Shown: in pieces, positions 7,770 to 16,743 of the stretch
Layout: every line of letters begins with the position of its first letter
How positions within the stretch are numbered: the first letter of the stretch is position 1
Source: an archaeon
Lineage (GTDB): Archaea; Asgardarchaeota; Hermodarchaeia; Hermodarchaeales; Hermodarchaeaceae
Length of the DNA stretch: 48,037 bases
Reading direction: 5' to 3'
Assembly: GCA_016550485.1 (NCBI GenBank)
Contig: JABXGV010000027.1
Location: forward strand, 1 to 48,037
Translations under genes and position numbers: made by a program
The notes under the pieces: model-generated
The model's database searches: none
Told to the model about the DNA's origin: nothing
Seen by the model: the letters and a program-made list of their open reading frames with translations, nothing else

Positions 7770-9602
7770 ATGAAAGGATGGACTGGAAAGTTACTTCGAG
7801 TAGATTTGACTACCCAAAAGGCAAAGATTGAAAATTATTCTAAGGACCTAGCCCTTGAATTTGTTGGAGGGCGTGGCTATGCAATTAAAACCTTATGGGA
7901 TGAGGTGCCTGCAGGTACTGACCCTCTCTCGCCAAAAAACAAGTTCATTGCTGCTCTAGGCCCACTTGCAGGGTTGAATATGCCTAATGTTGGCAAGACC
8001 CTAGTCGCTGGTAAGAGCCCCCTCACCGGCGGCTATGGTGATGGAAACCTCGGCACAAACTTCAGCATTCATCTCCGCCAGTCAGGCTACGACTTTCTAA
8101 TCGTTGAAGGAAAAGCCAAGACCCCACTTTATCTCTTGATCGAAGACACAGACATCAGCTTCCGTGATGCAGATCACCTCTGGGGTAAAGGCACCTTTGC
8201 AGCAGAAGACAAGCTCGAGAAGGACCATGGTCGAGGCGTTGGAACCCTCCTCATCGGACAAGGCGGCGAAAAACTTGTCAAATTCGCCGTTGTTCGGTCC
8301 CTCCTTGGCCGTGCCGGAGGCCGCCCAGGCATAGGTACAATCATGGGCTCAAAACACCTCAAAGCCATCGTTGCCAAAGGCACGGGAGGACCAGAACTTC
8401 ATGACCCTGACACTTTCCGTACCCTCTCTAAGGAAGGCTTCACGGACATTAAGAACAAAGAGGCATTCCCATCTTGGAAGAGACAGGGGACGATGAGCAT
8501 TTTCAGCTGGTGTGAAGAACACTCCACGCTACCCAGCTATAACTTCCGTGAAGGACAATTTGAGCACGCTGAATCGCTGGACGGCGATGCCATGGAAAAA
8601 ATCAAGATCGATACGCTGGGGTGTCCTCGATGTATCATGCGGTGCGGTCACTGTATCGAGGATTCTGAAGGCCAGAAGGCAGAGCTGGACTACGAGAATG
8701 TTGCCCTCCTCGGGTCGAATCTTGGCATGCGTAACCTCCGCGAGGTAGCAACACTCAATAGATTAGCTGACGATTATGGCGTGGACACCATCTCTCTTGG
8801 CAGCTGCATCGCCTTTGCAATGGAGGCTTCAGAAAAGGGGTTGATTGACGAGAAGATAGAGTGGGGAGGCTTTCAAAAGGCACGGCAACTGGCCTTGGAC
8901 ATCAGCCTCCGACGAGGCAAACTAGGTCAACTCCTAGCCGAGGGGACACGTGCTGCTGCCCAGAAAATCGGAAAGAACACCAGCGACTTCGCCATGCAAA
9001 TCAAGGGACTAGAGATATCCGGCTACGATTGCCACGCAGCTCCAGGAATGGCTCTATCCTTTGGCACCTCCCCAATCGGTGCCCACCATAAGGACGCCTG
9101 GATTATCACCTGGGAAATCGAGCATGGCCGGGAGGGCTACCTTGAGGGAAAGGCGGATGAGGTTATCCGGCTACAGCGGCTTCGCGGAGGTATGTTCGAA
9201 AACCTCGTGAGCTGTCGGTTCCCATGGATTGAAATTGGCTTCGAGCTGGAGTGGTATCCCAAGTACTTCGCAGCCGCTACTGGATTGAAGTGGTCATTGG
9301 AGGACCTCTATAGGGTCTCGGATCGTGGCCATTCATTAATTCGAGCGTATTGGGTACGCGAGGCAGGTGGAAAGTGGAGTCGGCAAATGGATACACCTCC
9401 AGCACGGTGGTTCAAGGAGCCACTAACCAAAGGTCCACTTGCTGGAGCAACACTTGATTCAGCGGGATATGACAAACTGCTATCGTGGTATTATGAGAAG
9501 CGTGGCTGGGATAAGCGCGGTATTCCTACGAAAGCAACGCTCAAATCGTTAGAGCTAGAATGGGCGATTCCTGAACTGGAGAAGGTTGTAGCGCTTGGTT
9601 AG
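7770..9602 (+). CDS. aor: aldehyde:ferredoxin oxidoreductase family (tungstopterin enzyme); substrate class not determinable
   Basis: Typical AOR N-terminus (GWTGKLLRVDLT...FVGGRGYAIKTLWDE...DPLSPKNKFIAALGPLAG). C-x2-C-x3-C cluster motif (CPRCIMRC). Length of 610 aa fits the family. Confidence 0.92.
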   Translation: MKGWTGKLLRVDLTTQKAKIENYSKDLALEFVGGRGYAIKTLWDEVPAGTDPLSPKNKFIAALGPLAGLNMPNVGKTLVAGKSPLTGGYGDGNLGTNFSIHLRQSGYDFLIVEGKAKTPLYLLIEDTDISFRDADHLWGKGTFAAEDKLEKDHGRGVGTLLIGQGGEKLVKFAVVRSLLGRAGGRPGIGTIMGSKHLKAIVAKGTGGPELHDPDTFRTLSKEGFTDIKNKEAFPSWKRQGTMSIFSWCEEHSTLPSYNFREGQFEHAESLDGDAMEKIKIDTLGCPRCIMRCGHCIEDSEGQKAELDYENVALLGSNLGMRNLREVATLNRLADDYGVDTISLGSCIAFAMEASEKGLIDEKIEWGGFQKARQLALDISLRRGKLGQLLAEGTRAAAQKIGKNTSDFAMQIKGLEISGYDCHAAPGMALSFGTSPIGAHHKDAWIITWEIEHGREGYLEGKADEVIRLQRLRGGMFENLVSCRFPWIEIGFELEWYPKYFAAATGLKWSLEDLYRVSDRGHSLIRAYWVREAGGKWSRQMDTPPARWFKEPLTKGPLAGATLDSAGYDKLLSWYYEKRGWDKRGIPTKATLKSLELEWAIPELEKVVALG

Positions 9603-9646
9603 TGTGCCATAAGTATCGTCTTAGTGGAGACAGATACAATTAGCGG

Positions 9647-12265
9647 TTACCATGCACCGCGATGGGCAATGGACATTATTGCAGGGATGATTTCAGCGGG
9701 CTCGTTTATCTCTTCACTTAGATAGGTGCGACCACCTGTGAGATGGGCCATGTAGAAGCCTAGAAATGGGACGAGTTTGTCTTCTTTAATTCCGACTTCG
9801 ATAAGGCTGCTTAACCCTTGTTCTTGAGCGCTCTTGATGAGTGAGCCTTCGATGATGTCGTGATGTCTTTTGTCTTTGATTTTGAAGAATTCTTTGTGTA
9901 GGTTAACAGTGATAACTGGGATGCGGGCATTGCCTAGAAGGTGGCACTGGTAGAGCACATCGGCGATGGCTTCTGGGAGTCCGATGTCTACGCTTTCAGC
10001 TTTTCCAAGCCGAATATTTGGGAGAAAATCGCTGAACACCACGACTAAGGGTACCACCCCTGGATTTCGCCGTTTTTCTCTTTTGAGAGTTTCCAGGGCT
10101 TTCTGTAACCCTGCTGCAAGGGGAGTGTAGCCTGATAAGCGGAGGGACATCAGTTTTGCTAGGAGCCGGGTCCAATTAGCGGTTGGTGCCTGAACTTCTG
10201 CTGAGCCCCAGTCCTTTAACGCGATTAGACCCACTCTATCACGTGTACCCTCAAGGCAGGCTTTGAAGGCGAGTAGGGAGCGCTGTAGCTTATCGAGGCT
10301 CTTCAGCATGGAGATACTGAGATCGAGCACAAAAACGATGGTGAGGGGCGTTTTTGCTCTGTAGCGCTTCTCTCTGACATCTTGTGGGCGAATCTGTACT
10401 GCAAGTGATTTTCGGCGGGTACGGGTGCTGTAGGGTGATGCTGCTGTGATTGAGGCGGGTATGTGAATGCTTCGAGGAGGACCGTGGGGAATCCTTGCGC
10501 CGTGGAGGGCACCCCCTTCCGCCTGGTGTGACCGTGCTGAACCTGTGCGTCGCCAAATCTGGCGCACAGCCCACTTGGGTGTTCGGTGGCGGACAAAGTA
10601 GGGTGATTCGAGAAGGTCTTTGGGTTCAAAGAGGGGTTTTCCTTCCTCAAGACGAATTAAGGAGGGCAGTTTTGTCCGAGCCGCTCCTGATTCGGTAGTG
10701 ATGGTTAAGGAGGATTTGCTTTTCGATGAAGGGGGTGCTGCCGCTGTTGTCGGTGATGATTGTGAGGAGCCCCTGTGCGTTGCACGCCGAAACTTCCCTC
10801 TTCCGCCAGGGGGGCTGTCTCCACTCGCGGTGCTTGGTAATATAAATCCTGGGCGACGGGCATACCGAAGCACTCTTTCGAAGAGTGCTAGTAGACCAGC
10901 AGCCATTAACCCACCAAGCACGATCGTGGCAGGGAATAAGAAGGGAAGAAACAAAGACGCCATCATGCTCATGTAGGCGGCTAAAACAAAATAGAAACAA
11001 ACAAATCCTGTATAGTATATGCGCCTACCAGGTCTACGCCGTGGTGGCTTTCCTTGGAAGCGCTCGCCCTGTTCTTGATCTTTTACAGAGTGGAATTGCG
11101 TCATTCTCCGAACAAGGCTGCTGCGCTCCTCCTTCATGCGCTCTGCTTGGACCCGACCTCTCGGGTCTTCAGATTTTGCTTTTTTTCGTGCTTCAGTTAA
11201 GGCGGCTATGATGCTTTCTTTGGTGGGAGGTTCGAGGATTCCACGTTGCCGGGTTCGGTGGCTTAGAGCGAGAGGTGAAACAACTTGAACGTCATCTATG
11301 GTTACCTCGGTGCGACCGTCTAGTGCTGCATACGCCATGGCAGCCTTGGCGATAACAATGTCGGGTCTTACGCCGTCGACGAGCAGCTTGGAGCACATGT
11401 AAGCGATGACCTGCGATATTTCGTCTGAAACCTTCACTTGAGGTATTAGCTTTCGAGCCTTGACAATTTCGTTGCGAAGTTCAGTTTCTTGTTCTTTATA
11501 TTGCTCACGGAGTTGTTCAGGATCTCTGTCAAAATCAAGATTCAGCTTAATGATGGCAACTCTTTCCTCTACAGAGAACGGCCGCTCGATGGAGACGCTG
11601 AGGGGAAACCTGTCCAGCAATTGAGGTCTTAACTCACCCTCCTCGGGATTCATCGACCCAAGGAAGATGAACTGGGCAGGATGGCTAACAGAAATGCCCT
11701 CCCGTTCAACTACATTGATTCCCGTGGCGGCAGCATCTAACAACGCATCTACTAGGTGATCAGGTAACAAGTTGATTTCATCGACGTAAAGCAGCATTTG
11801 ATTTGCACTGGCCAGGATTCCAGGTTTGAGCGCTGCGATTCCTTCCTTTATGGCTCGCTCTACATCGAGGCTACCGACTACACGGTCCTCAGTGGCGCTT
11901 AAGGGGAGGTCGATGACGCGCATTCGTCGCATCTCTTTGAGCAGCTTGCCCCTTTTCCGGAGTTTCTCCTTGCAGGCCATGCAAAGATTTGCTGGGTCCT
12001 CGGGATTGCATCGAAAGGTGCACCCTTTGACTACTGGAATCTCTGGGAGTAGGGCAGCAAGCGCCCGGACAATCGTGGTCTTTCCAGTTCCCTTTGGCCC
12101 CGTTATGAGAAGCCCGCCGATTCGGGGATTAATAGCGTTTAGAAGTAGAGCTAGCTTGAGAGGTTCGTGGTTAACGATAGCAGAAAATGGGAGAACCATA
12201 CGTTCTAGAGGAGGGTTTGATGACAAGTGACTCACCGCAGCGTGTGTTTTGCTCCATGACCACAT
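9647..12265 (-). CDS. ChlI/BchI-type AAA+ ATPase fused through a basic TM-containing linker to a vWA domain (Mg-chelatase I/D-like)
   Basis: Walker [10 protein letters not shown], Walker [19 protein letters not shown], and overall ChlI-like sequence to about aa 340. The linker (aa ~343-640) is rich in Arg/Ser/Pro and has two hydrophobic helices ([39 protein letters not shown]). The vWA domain has MIDAS DxSxS ([10 protein letters not shown]). ATG at 12199 ([12 protein letters not shown]) is an alternative start. Confidence 0.85.
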   Translation of the reverse strand: MWSWSKTHAAVSHLSSNPPLERMVLPFSAIVNHEPLKLALLLNAINPRIGGLLITGPKGTGKTTIVRALAALLPEIPVVKGCTFRCNPEDPANLCMACKEKLRKRGKLLKEMRRMRVIDLPLSATEDRVVGSLDVERAIKEGIAALKPGILASANQMLLYVDEINLLPDHLVDALLDAAATGINVVEREGISVSHPAQFIFLGSMNPEEGELRPQLLDRFPLSVSIERPFSVEERVAIIKLNLDFDRDPEQLREQYKEQETELRNEIVKARKLIPQVKVSDEISQVIAYMCSKLLVDGVRPDIVIAKAAMAYAALDGRTEVTIDDVQVVSPLALSHRTRQRGILEPPTKESIIAALTEARKKAKSEDPRGRVQAERMKEERSSLVRRMTQFHSVKDQEQGERFQGKPPRRRPGRRIYYTGFVCFYFVLAAYMSMMASLFLPFLFPATIVLGGLMAAGLLALFERVLRYARRPGFILPSTASGDSPPGGRGKFRRATHRGSSQSSPTTAAAPPSSKSKSSLTITTESGAARTKLPSLIRLEEGKPLFEPKDLLESPYFVRHRTPKWAVRQIWRRTGSARSHQAEGGALHGARIPHGPPRSIHIPASITAASPYSTRTRRKSLAVQIRPQDVREKRYRAKTPLTIVFVLDLSISMLKSLDKLQRSLLAFKACLEGTRDRVGLIALKDWGSAEVQAPTANWTRLLAKLMSLRLSGYTPLAAGLQKALETLKREKRRNPGVVPLVVVFSDFLPNIRLGKAESVDIGLPEAIADVLYQCHLLGNARIPVITVNLHKEFFKIKDKRHHDIIEGSLIKSAQEQGLSSLIEVGIKEDKLVPFLGFYMAHLTGGRTYLSEEINEPAEIIPAIMSIAHRGAW

Positions 12266-12290
12266 TTAGCCTTATTGGAACTGGCATGTA

Positions 12291-12833
12291 TCAGGCATTA
12301 TTTGAACCTGTCAGATTTTCCAGTTCTTCTTTAAAGATGTCAAAGGTGGTGGGATCGAACAAACAGAATATGACACGACGTAACCTAGAAGTGTCCTGTT
12401 TCAGGTAGTTGATTGTAGTGGAGAGGATAATCTGTGCTGCTCGATCCTTGGGGAACCCAAAGATTCCCGTGCTGATTGCGGGGAATGCGATGCTGCGGAG
12501 TTGACGACTATCTGCAAGTTTTAGCGCACTCAGAATAGTGTTTGCCAATTTTTCATCCTCTTGCCCTTCACCCCATCGAGGGCCCACACAGTGTATTACG
12601 AACTGGGCTTTGAGGTTTCCACCTGTTGTGATGACTGCTGTGCCAACGGGAGTTCCTCCTATATCGTCACACTCTCGTTGGATTGCTGGGCCACCACGCC
12701 TGCGAATGGCTCCCGCGACACCTCCACCTAGTTGGAGTTCCTCATTGGCTGCGTTAACAATGGCATCTGTGGCTAAATCGGTAATGTCGCCATGAACCAA
12801 CTCGATGATTACTTTGCCAATGAAGCGGCGCAT
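12291..12833 (-). CDS. macro domain protein (ADP-ribose binding / O-acetyl-ADP-ribose deacetylase-like)
   Basis: GDITDLATDAIVNAANEELQLGGGVAGAI, VIHCVGPRW, SIAFPAISTGIFGFP. These are the full set of canonical macro-domain motifs. Confidence 0.9.
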   Translation of the reverse strand: MRRFIGKVIIELVHGDITDLATDAIVNAANEELQLGGGVAGAIRRRGGPAIQRECDDIGGTPVGTAVITTGGNLKAQFVIHCVGPRWGEGQEDEKLANTILSALKLADSRQLRSIAFPAISTGIFGFPKDRAAQIILSTTINYLKQDTSRLRRVIFCLFDPTTFDIFKEELENLTGSNNA

Positions 12834-12902
12834 TCACCTTTCACCTACTCTTTGATGCTGTACCAGCATCAGATTAGGACCTATCTTTTGATGAAAGATC
12901 TG

Positions 12903-13598
12903 TTAGGAGGGAAAGAGCGGGGCCATTTGGAGTCCCATAACTCCGGCGAGGAAGATGAGTATCCAGCAGCATACAATGAAACTCAAACTGCCGATGAGAA
13001 GAGCCCACCGAGTTCTTGAGCCTAGGATGCCTAAGTGTTCATCGAGATATTCAGCTTTGAAGGCAGTTCGAACGTAGGCGATGGCAGCTATTCCGAAGGG
13101 AACCCAAACAAGATCCACAATAGTCAATACCGTAGTTATCGCGGCTGCCCCGAAGAGATATAAATCTGCAATTACGAAGCCTACAGTTTCCCATAGAACA
13201 CCGATAATCATCGCCAGCGCTTCTAGCCCATAGCCTCCTTTGAACAATTTCCGGCTAATTATTCCTACGAGAAGCGCTTCAACGCCGCGTACTGCAACTA
13301 CACCAGGGATGAAGACAGCTGGGTACCCATAGAAACTAATCAACAACCCTTTACCTATGAACTGACCGATACACGTTACTGAGACGCCTATCACAGGACC
13401 ATAAAGAACCGCAACTAGAAAGATAAGAACTGAGGAGGCATCGATGCTGCCTAGGGGTGGGGGAACGACAATGCTTGCATATGACAATACTGCCATCAAG
13501 GCACTCATGATTCCTACCGTCGCAACATTAAGTGATACTGACCCTTTTCCTTGCATTTCAACACTTCCTGAAAGGAATCCGTTTCTAGCTCTGAGCAC
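12903..13598 (-). CDS. integral membrane protein, possibly an ECF-type substrate-capture (S) component
   Basis: About 6 hydrophobic helices. Size and Gly/Val-rich helices resemble ECF S components. Divergent from the ThiN gene. Family assignment is weak. Confidence 0.45.
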   Translation of the reverse strand: MLRARNGFLSGSVEMQGKGSVSLNVATVGIMSALMAVLSYASIVVPPPLGSIDASSVLIFLVAVLYGPVIGVSVTCIGQFIGKGLLISFYGYPAVFIPGVVAVRGVEALLVGIISRKLFKGGYGLEALAMIIGVLWETVGFVIADLYLFGAAAITTVLTIVDLVWVPFGIAAIAYVRTAFKAEYLDEHLGILGSRTRWALLIGSLSFIVCCWILIFLAGVMGLQMAPLFPS

Positions 13599-13690
13599 CT
13601 AGTCTTAAAAGCCTTTATCCTGCCTGTTAACTCTGTTAAGAAGTGATGGTACCATAAGAGCTATGATAGGCTGTTAGTTGAGGTGCTATC

Positions 13691-14251
13691 ATGGAGGATT
13701 TGACGAGAATAGAGATGGTCAATCACCTCGCTCAGAGTATCGCTGCGTTGGAAGCTTTACAAGGCTTTGCACAGCTAGTTCCTGAAGTTGGCAGCAATCT
13801 TGTTTATTGCTTGCCCAATGCCACCCAGTTGGAGGAAGTAGCTGGGTTAACAGGTCGTATAATATTGGTTCGAGGTCAACCTAAGACCTGTGGGGATGTA
13901 GATTTTGGCTGGGCGCCCTTTATGGGACTCGTTGTCCTAGCAGCCCACAAGATGGAGGATTCAATAAGATCAGCTATTTCCCTTCGCTGCACTTCAGAGA
14001 TTATAACTGCGTGTCAGATGCAAGGATTAGAACCAGTGGAGTTTAGGTGGCCAAGAGAACAGGCTCCTCCAAATTGTCTGACTTTAGCTGCTTTGGAAAC
14101 CCTTGATTATGTCCCTAAAGCACTGTATGACCATGGCGCCCACGGACTTGAGGCACTGTTAGTAATATTTGGAAAAAACCCGACGACAGTTGTTGAGCGA
14201 GTGCGACTGATTTGCGAAGGACTCTCAGAGGTTGGTAGTGTTGGAGAATAA
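13691..14251 (+). CDS. thiN: stand-alone ThiN-domain protein (archaeal-type thiamine-phosphate synthase family)
   Basis: PEVGSNLVYCLPNATQLEEVAGLTGRIILVRGQPKTCGDVDFGWAPFMGLVVLAAHKMEDSIRSAISLR matches the ThiN pattern as I remember it. No ThiD or HTH fusion partner in the ORF. Confidence 0.7.
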   Translation: MEDLTRIEMVNHLAQSIAALEALQGFAQLVPEVGSNLVYCLPNATQLEEVAGLTGRIILVRGQPKTCGDVDFGWAPFMGLVVLAAHKMEDSIRSAISLRCTSEIITACQMQGLEPVEFRWPREQAPPNCLTLAALETLDYVPKALYDHGAHGLEALLVIFGKNPTTVVERVRLICEGLSEVGSVGE

Positions 14252-15005
14252 CGATACTGTGTCACAGGAACACAAGTTAGCTGTTGGCACAGCCTTTGGA
14301 AGCATCGCCCGTTTCTATGATGCTTGGTACTCCACGCCTCTTGGCAATTATGTATGGAAGGTAGAATCAGCAGCCATTGCTGCGGCACTATCTGATCGAA
14401 TAGAGGGAGTTGCCCTAGACCTCGGCGCAGGATCAGGGCTGTCAATGGAGTTGTTGCTTCAGAGGGGTGCCTTTACCGTTGGTGTTGACCTTTCATGGCA
14501 GATGATAGCGGTTGCACGAGAAAAGCTATACACCAACCCACGAGCTGATTTTGTACTTGCAGATGGTGAGCAACTGCCTTTTCGTGAGGGAGTTGTTGAG
14601 TTGGTTTCAGGTATTACGGTATTAGAGTTTTTACCGAATCCTCCTCAAATGCTTGAGCAAATTCGCAAGGTGCTACGGCCCGGTGGTCAACTCGTCTTTG
14701 GTATTCTGTCATCGACTAGTATCTGGGGGATTGAAAGACGAATACGCACATTTGCTCGGCGAGATATCTTTGCCTTGGCATGGTTTCCGACTCCCTGGCA
14801 GATCACTCGTTTGCTCCGTCGAGCTGCCTTTGCTGCTATTAGGTACCGTGGATCCGTATACGCATGCACGCTCACACCAGTGAGAGGGTTGCCTACCCTT
14901 GCTCACCTCGATAAATATTGGGGCAAGAGATGGCTCTCGAAAAGTCTAGGCGCGTTTCTTGTCTTTCGTGCAAAACGTCCACGAGTCATGCCCAACCCCT
15001 CATAG
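14232..15005 (+). CDS. class I SAM-dependent methyltransferase
   Basis: Motif I VALDLGAGSGL, acidic loop VGVDLS, and post-I motifs ADGEQLPF and LRPGGQLVFG. Non-ATG start (TTG 14232, GTG 14238 or TTG 14241) overlapping the ThiN stop. Confidence 0.85.
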   Translation: MVVLENNDTVSQEHKLAVGTAFGSIARFYDAWYSTPLGNYVWKVESAAIAAALSDRIEGVALDLGAGSGLSMELLLQRGAFTVGVDLSWQMIAVAREKLYTNPRADFVLADGEQLPFREGVVELVSGITVLEFLPNPPQMLEQIRKVLRPGGQLVFGILSSTSIWGIERRIRTFARRDIFALAWFPTPWQITRLLRRAAFAAIRYRGSVYACTLTPVRGLPTLAHLDKYWGKRWLSKSLGAFLVFRAKRPRVMPNPS

Positions 15006-15017
15006 AATAGCTAACGT

Positions 15018-15656
15018 ATGTGCAGGAAGGTGTATTATATGGAAAAACGAGTTAATTCGAGCTGTTACGAATGTAATCATGTTGCTGAATTTCGTTGCAC
15101 AGTATGTAGTAAACTAACTTGTGGAAACCATACGCTTGTTCGGACGGTTTGTCCTGGATGTCTTGGTTCGCAGAGTCGCAACTACAGTATCCGACAGGCT
15201 TATTGTGAAGACGTTGAACTGTTGAAAGAGCTTGTTCTTCGTTTTTGGGGCGACTTGGAGCAGTTGATGTTTGGTAAACGTTATATCGTCACTGACGCAC
15301 CCGCATTAGTAGCTATCTACAACAACGAGATTTTAGGCTTCATCTTTTACACCATATTTGACGAGGAAGCAGCGCTAATTGTTGCGTTAGGCGTTCGCCC
15401 TGAATACCAAGGTCGCGGTGTTGGACAGGCACTAGTTAAAGCAGTTGAAGAGTATGCTAGGCAAGAGCAGAAGCGGCAACTTCTCGTTGTCACTTCAAAT
15501 GACAACATTCCAGCACTCACATTCTATCAATGCCAAGGCTTCCAACTTTTTGAAGTGGTACCAGATGTAATTGAGGAGAAATTGGGTGGAAGAGTTCTTG
15601 GGGTCAATAAGATTCCAATTCGTGACGAACTTCGCTTTCGTAAGGCGCTCGATTAA
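15018..15656 (+). CDS. GNAT N-acetyltransferase with N-terminal cross-brace zinc finger
   Basis: N-terminus CYECNHVAEFRCTVCSKLTCGNHTLVRTVCPGC. GNAT core VRPEYQGRGVGQALVKAVEEYA...NIPALTFYQCQGFQL. Alternative ATG at 15039. Confidence 0.85.
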   Translation: MCRKVYYMEKRVNSSCYECNHVAEFRCTVCSKLTCGNHTLVRTVCPGCLGSQSRNYSIRQAYCEDVELLKELVLRFWGDLEQLMFGKRYIVTDAPALVAIYNNEILGFIFYTIFDEEAALIVALGVRPEYQGRGVGQALVKAVEEYARQEQKRQLLVVTSNDNIPALTFYQCQGFQLFEVVPDVIEEKLGGRVLGVNKIPIRDELRFRKALD

Positions 15657-15683
15657 TTGCAGACTATTACCAAAGAGGCTTGG

Positions 15684-16670
15684 TTAGGCTAATCTGTTAG
15701 TGTAATCTTTGTAGGGGTCGTGACCCTTCGATACAGGAGATAGTTTTCCATCATGGTCGAGTAGGATTTGTTGTCCTTTGGTAAACTCGCCGACGATTGC
15801 TGCTGGGCGGTGATGCTGTTTAATTTCTCTTAAGACATCAGATGCCCCGTCTTTGCGGGTAACTATTAGGAAGCTTCCAAAGGAGGAGCAGTGAAGGGGG
15901 CTCCAGCCAAGATTTTCACAGAGTGTGAGGAGAGCTTCATCCCAAGGAATCGCGTCATAGTGGATGATAAGGCCTTGATTAGTAGCTTTACTTAATTCAG
16001 TTACAGCAGTTGTTAGCCCTCCTTCTGCTAAATCGTGCATCAGTAATATTTCCTGTTTAGACAGAGGAGTAGCAACAGATGTTACATCAAAAGGTGATAA
16101 ATCCTGAGCTAGCAGTAGACGTTGTTCTGTGTCTAGAATTACATCGATAGTTGTAGGTTCAACGTTTGCTAGAAACCAGAGAGTTTCTCGTCCTACGGGA
16201 CCTGCGGCAATTAGAACGTCCCCTGGTTTTACCGAACGAGGTGGCTCTGTCTTCTCAGGGAGGAAACCAAGGCATGTTGAGGAAATAAACGGGTGGATGA
16301 GTCCATCATAACCTCCAGTGTGGCCGCCTAATATTCGGATTTCAAGAGAACGCGCTGCACTTCCAAGCTGACGCATAGTGTTCTCTAGCCATTTCTCTGT
16401 AGTCCCAGGCGGATAACAGACATTCAAGGTGAGGAAGTGGGGTACAGCACCAGCCATAGACACATCTGTGGCCGTGTAGTGAACTGCAAAGAACCCGTAA
16501 TATTCGAGAGGAACTCCAATCACTGGATCGGTTGCTGCGATGAGGCGACCAGATATAGGCGCCTCAGTGAAGTCGAGGGGCATCGCCCTTGGATCATCGA
16601 TTCGAGGTAAGTGCCTGAAGACTAAGCGTTCTAGGTCTGCGAATCCGAGTTTGCCTTTGGGGAGACTCAA
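15684..16670 (-). CDS. AIR synthase-related (PurM-like fold) protein; not HypE (no C-terminal PRIC-type tail)
   Basis: N-terminus KGKLGFADLERLVF and DPVIGVP...AVHYTATDVSMAGAVP, LGGHTGGY, and a C-terminal domain with DLAEGGL. This fits the PurM/HypE/SelD superfamily architecture. Confidence 0.75.
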   Translation of the reverse strand: MSLPKGKLGFADLERLVFRHLPRIDDPRAMPLDFTEAPISGRLIAATDPVIGVPLEYYGFFAVHYTATDVSMAGAVPHFLTLNVCYPPGTTEKWLENTMRQLGSAARSLEIRILGGHTGGYDGLIHPFISSTCLGFLPEKTEPPRSVKPGDVLIAAGPVGRETLWFLANVEPTTIDVILDTEQRLLLAQDLSPFDVTSVATPLSKQEILLMHDLAEGGLTTAVTELSKATNQGLIIHYDAIPWDEALLTLCENLGWSPLHCSSFGSFLIVTRKDGASDVLREIKQHHRPAAIVGEFTKGQQILLDHDGKLSPVSKGHDPYKDYTNRLA

Positions 16671-16743
16671 TGATTACAACTCCATGTAGACTTGGAGCAT
16701 CCTATGCTTAAGTACTTCACAAATGTTGTGATGCACTAGTACT

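Noticed and set aside
10290-11211. Six alternative ORFs (82-118 aa, both strands) inside the AAA+-vWA gene.
   Set aside because: They lie within one continuous 872-aa ORF that has recognisable domains on both sides. Their translations are low-complexity (Arg/Pro/Ser/Gly). I interpret them as shadow ORFs caused by the local composition.
13599-13690. Possible TPP riboswitch between the S-component-like gene and thiN.
   Set aside because: No CUGAGA or ACCUGAUCUGGAUAAUGCCAGCG-like elements on either strand, and the spacer is only 92 nt.
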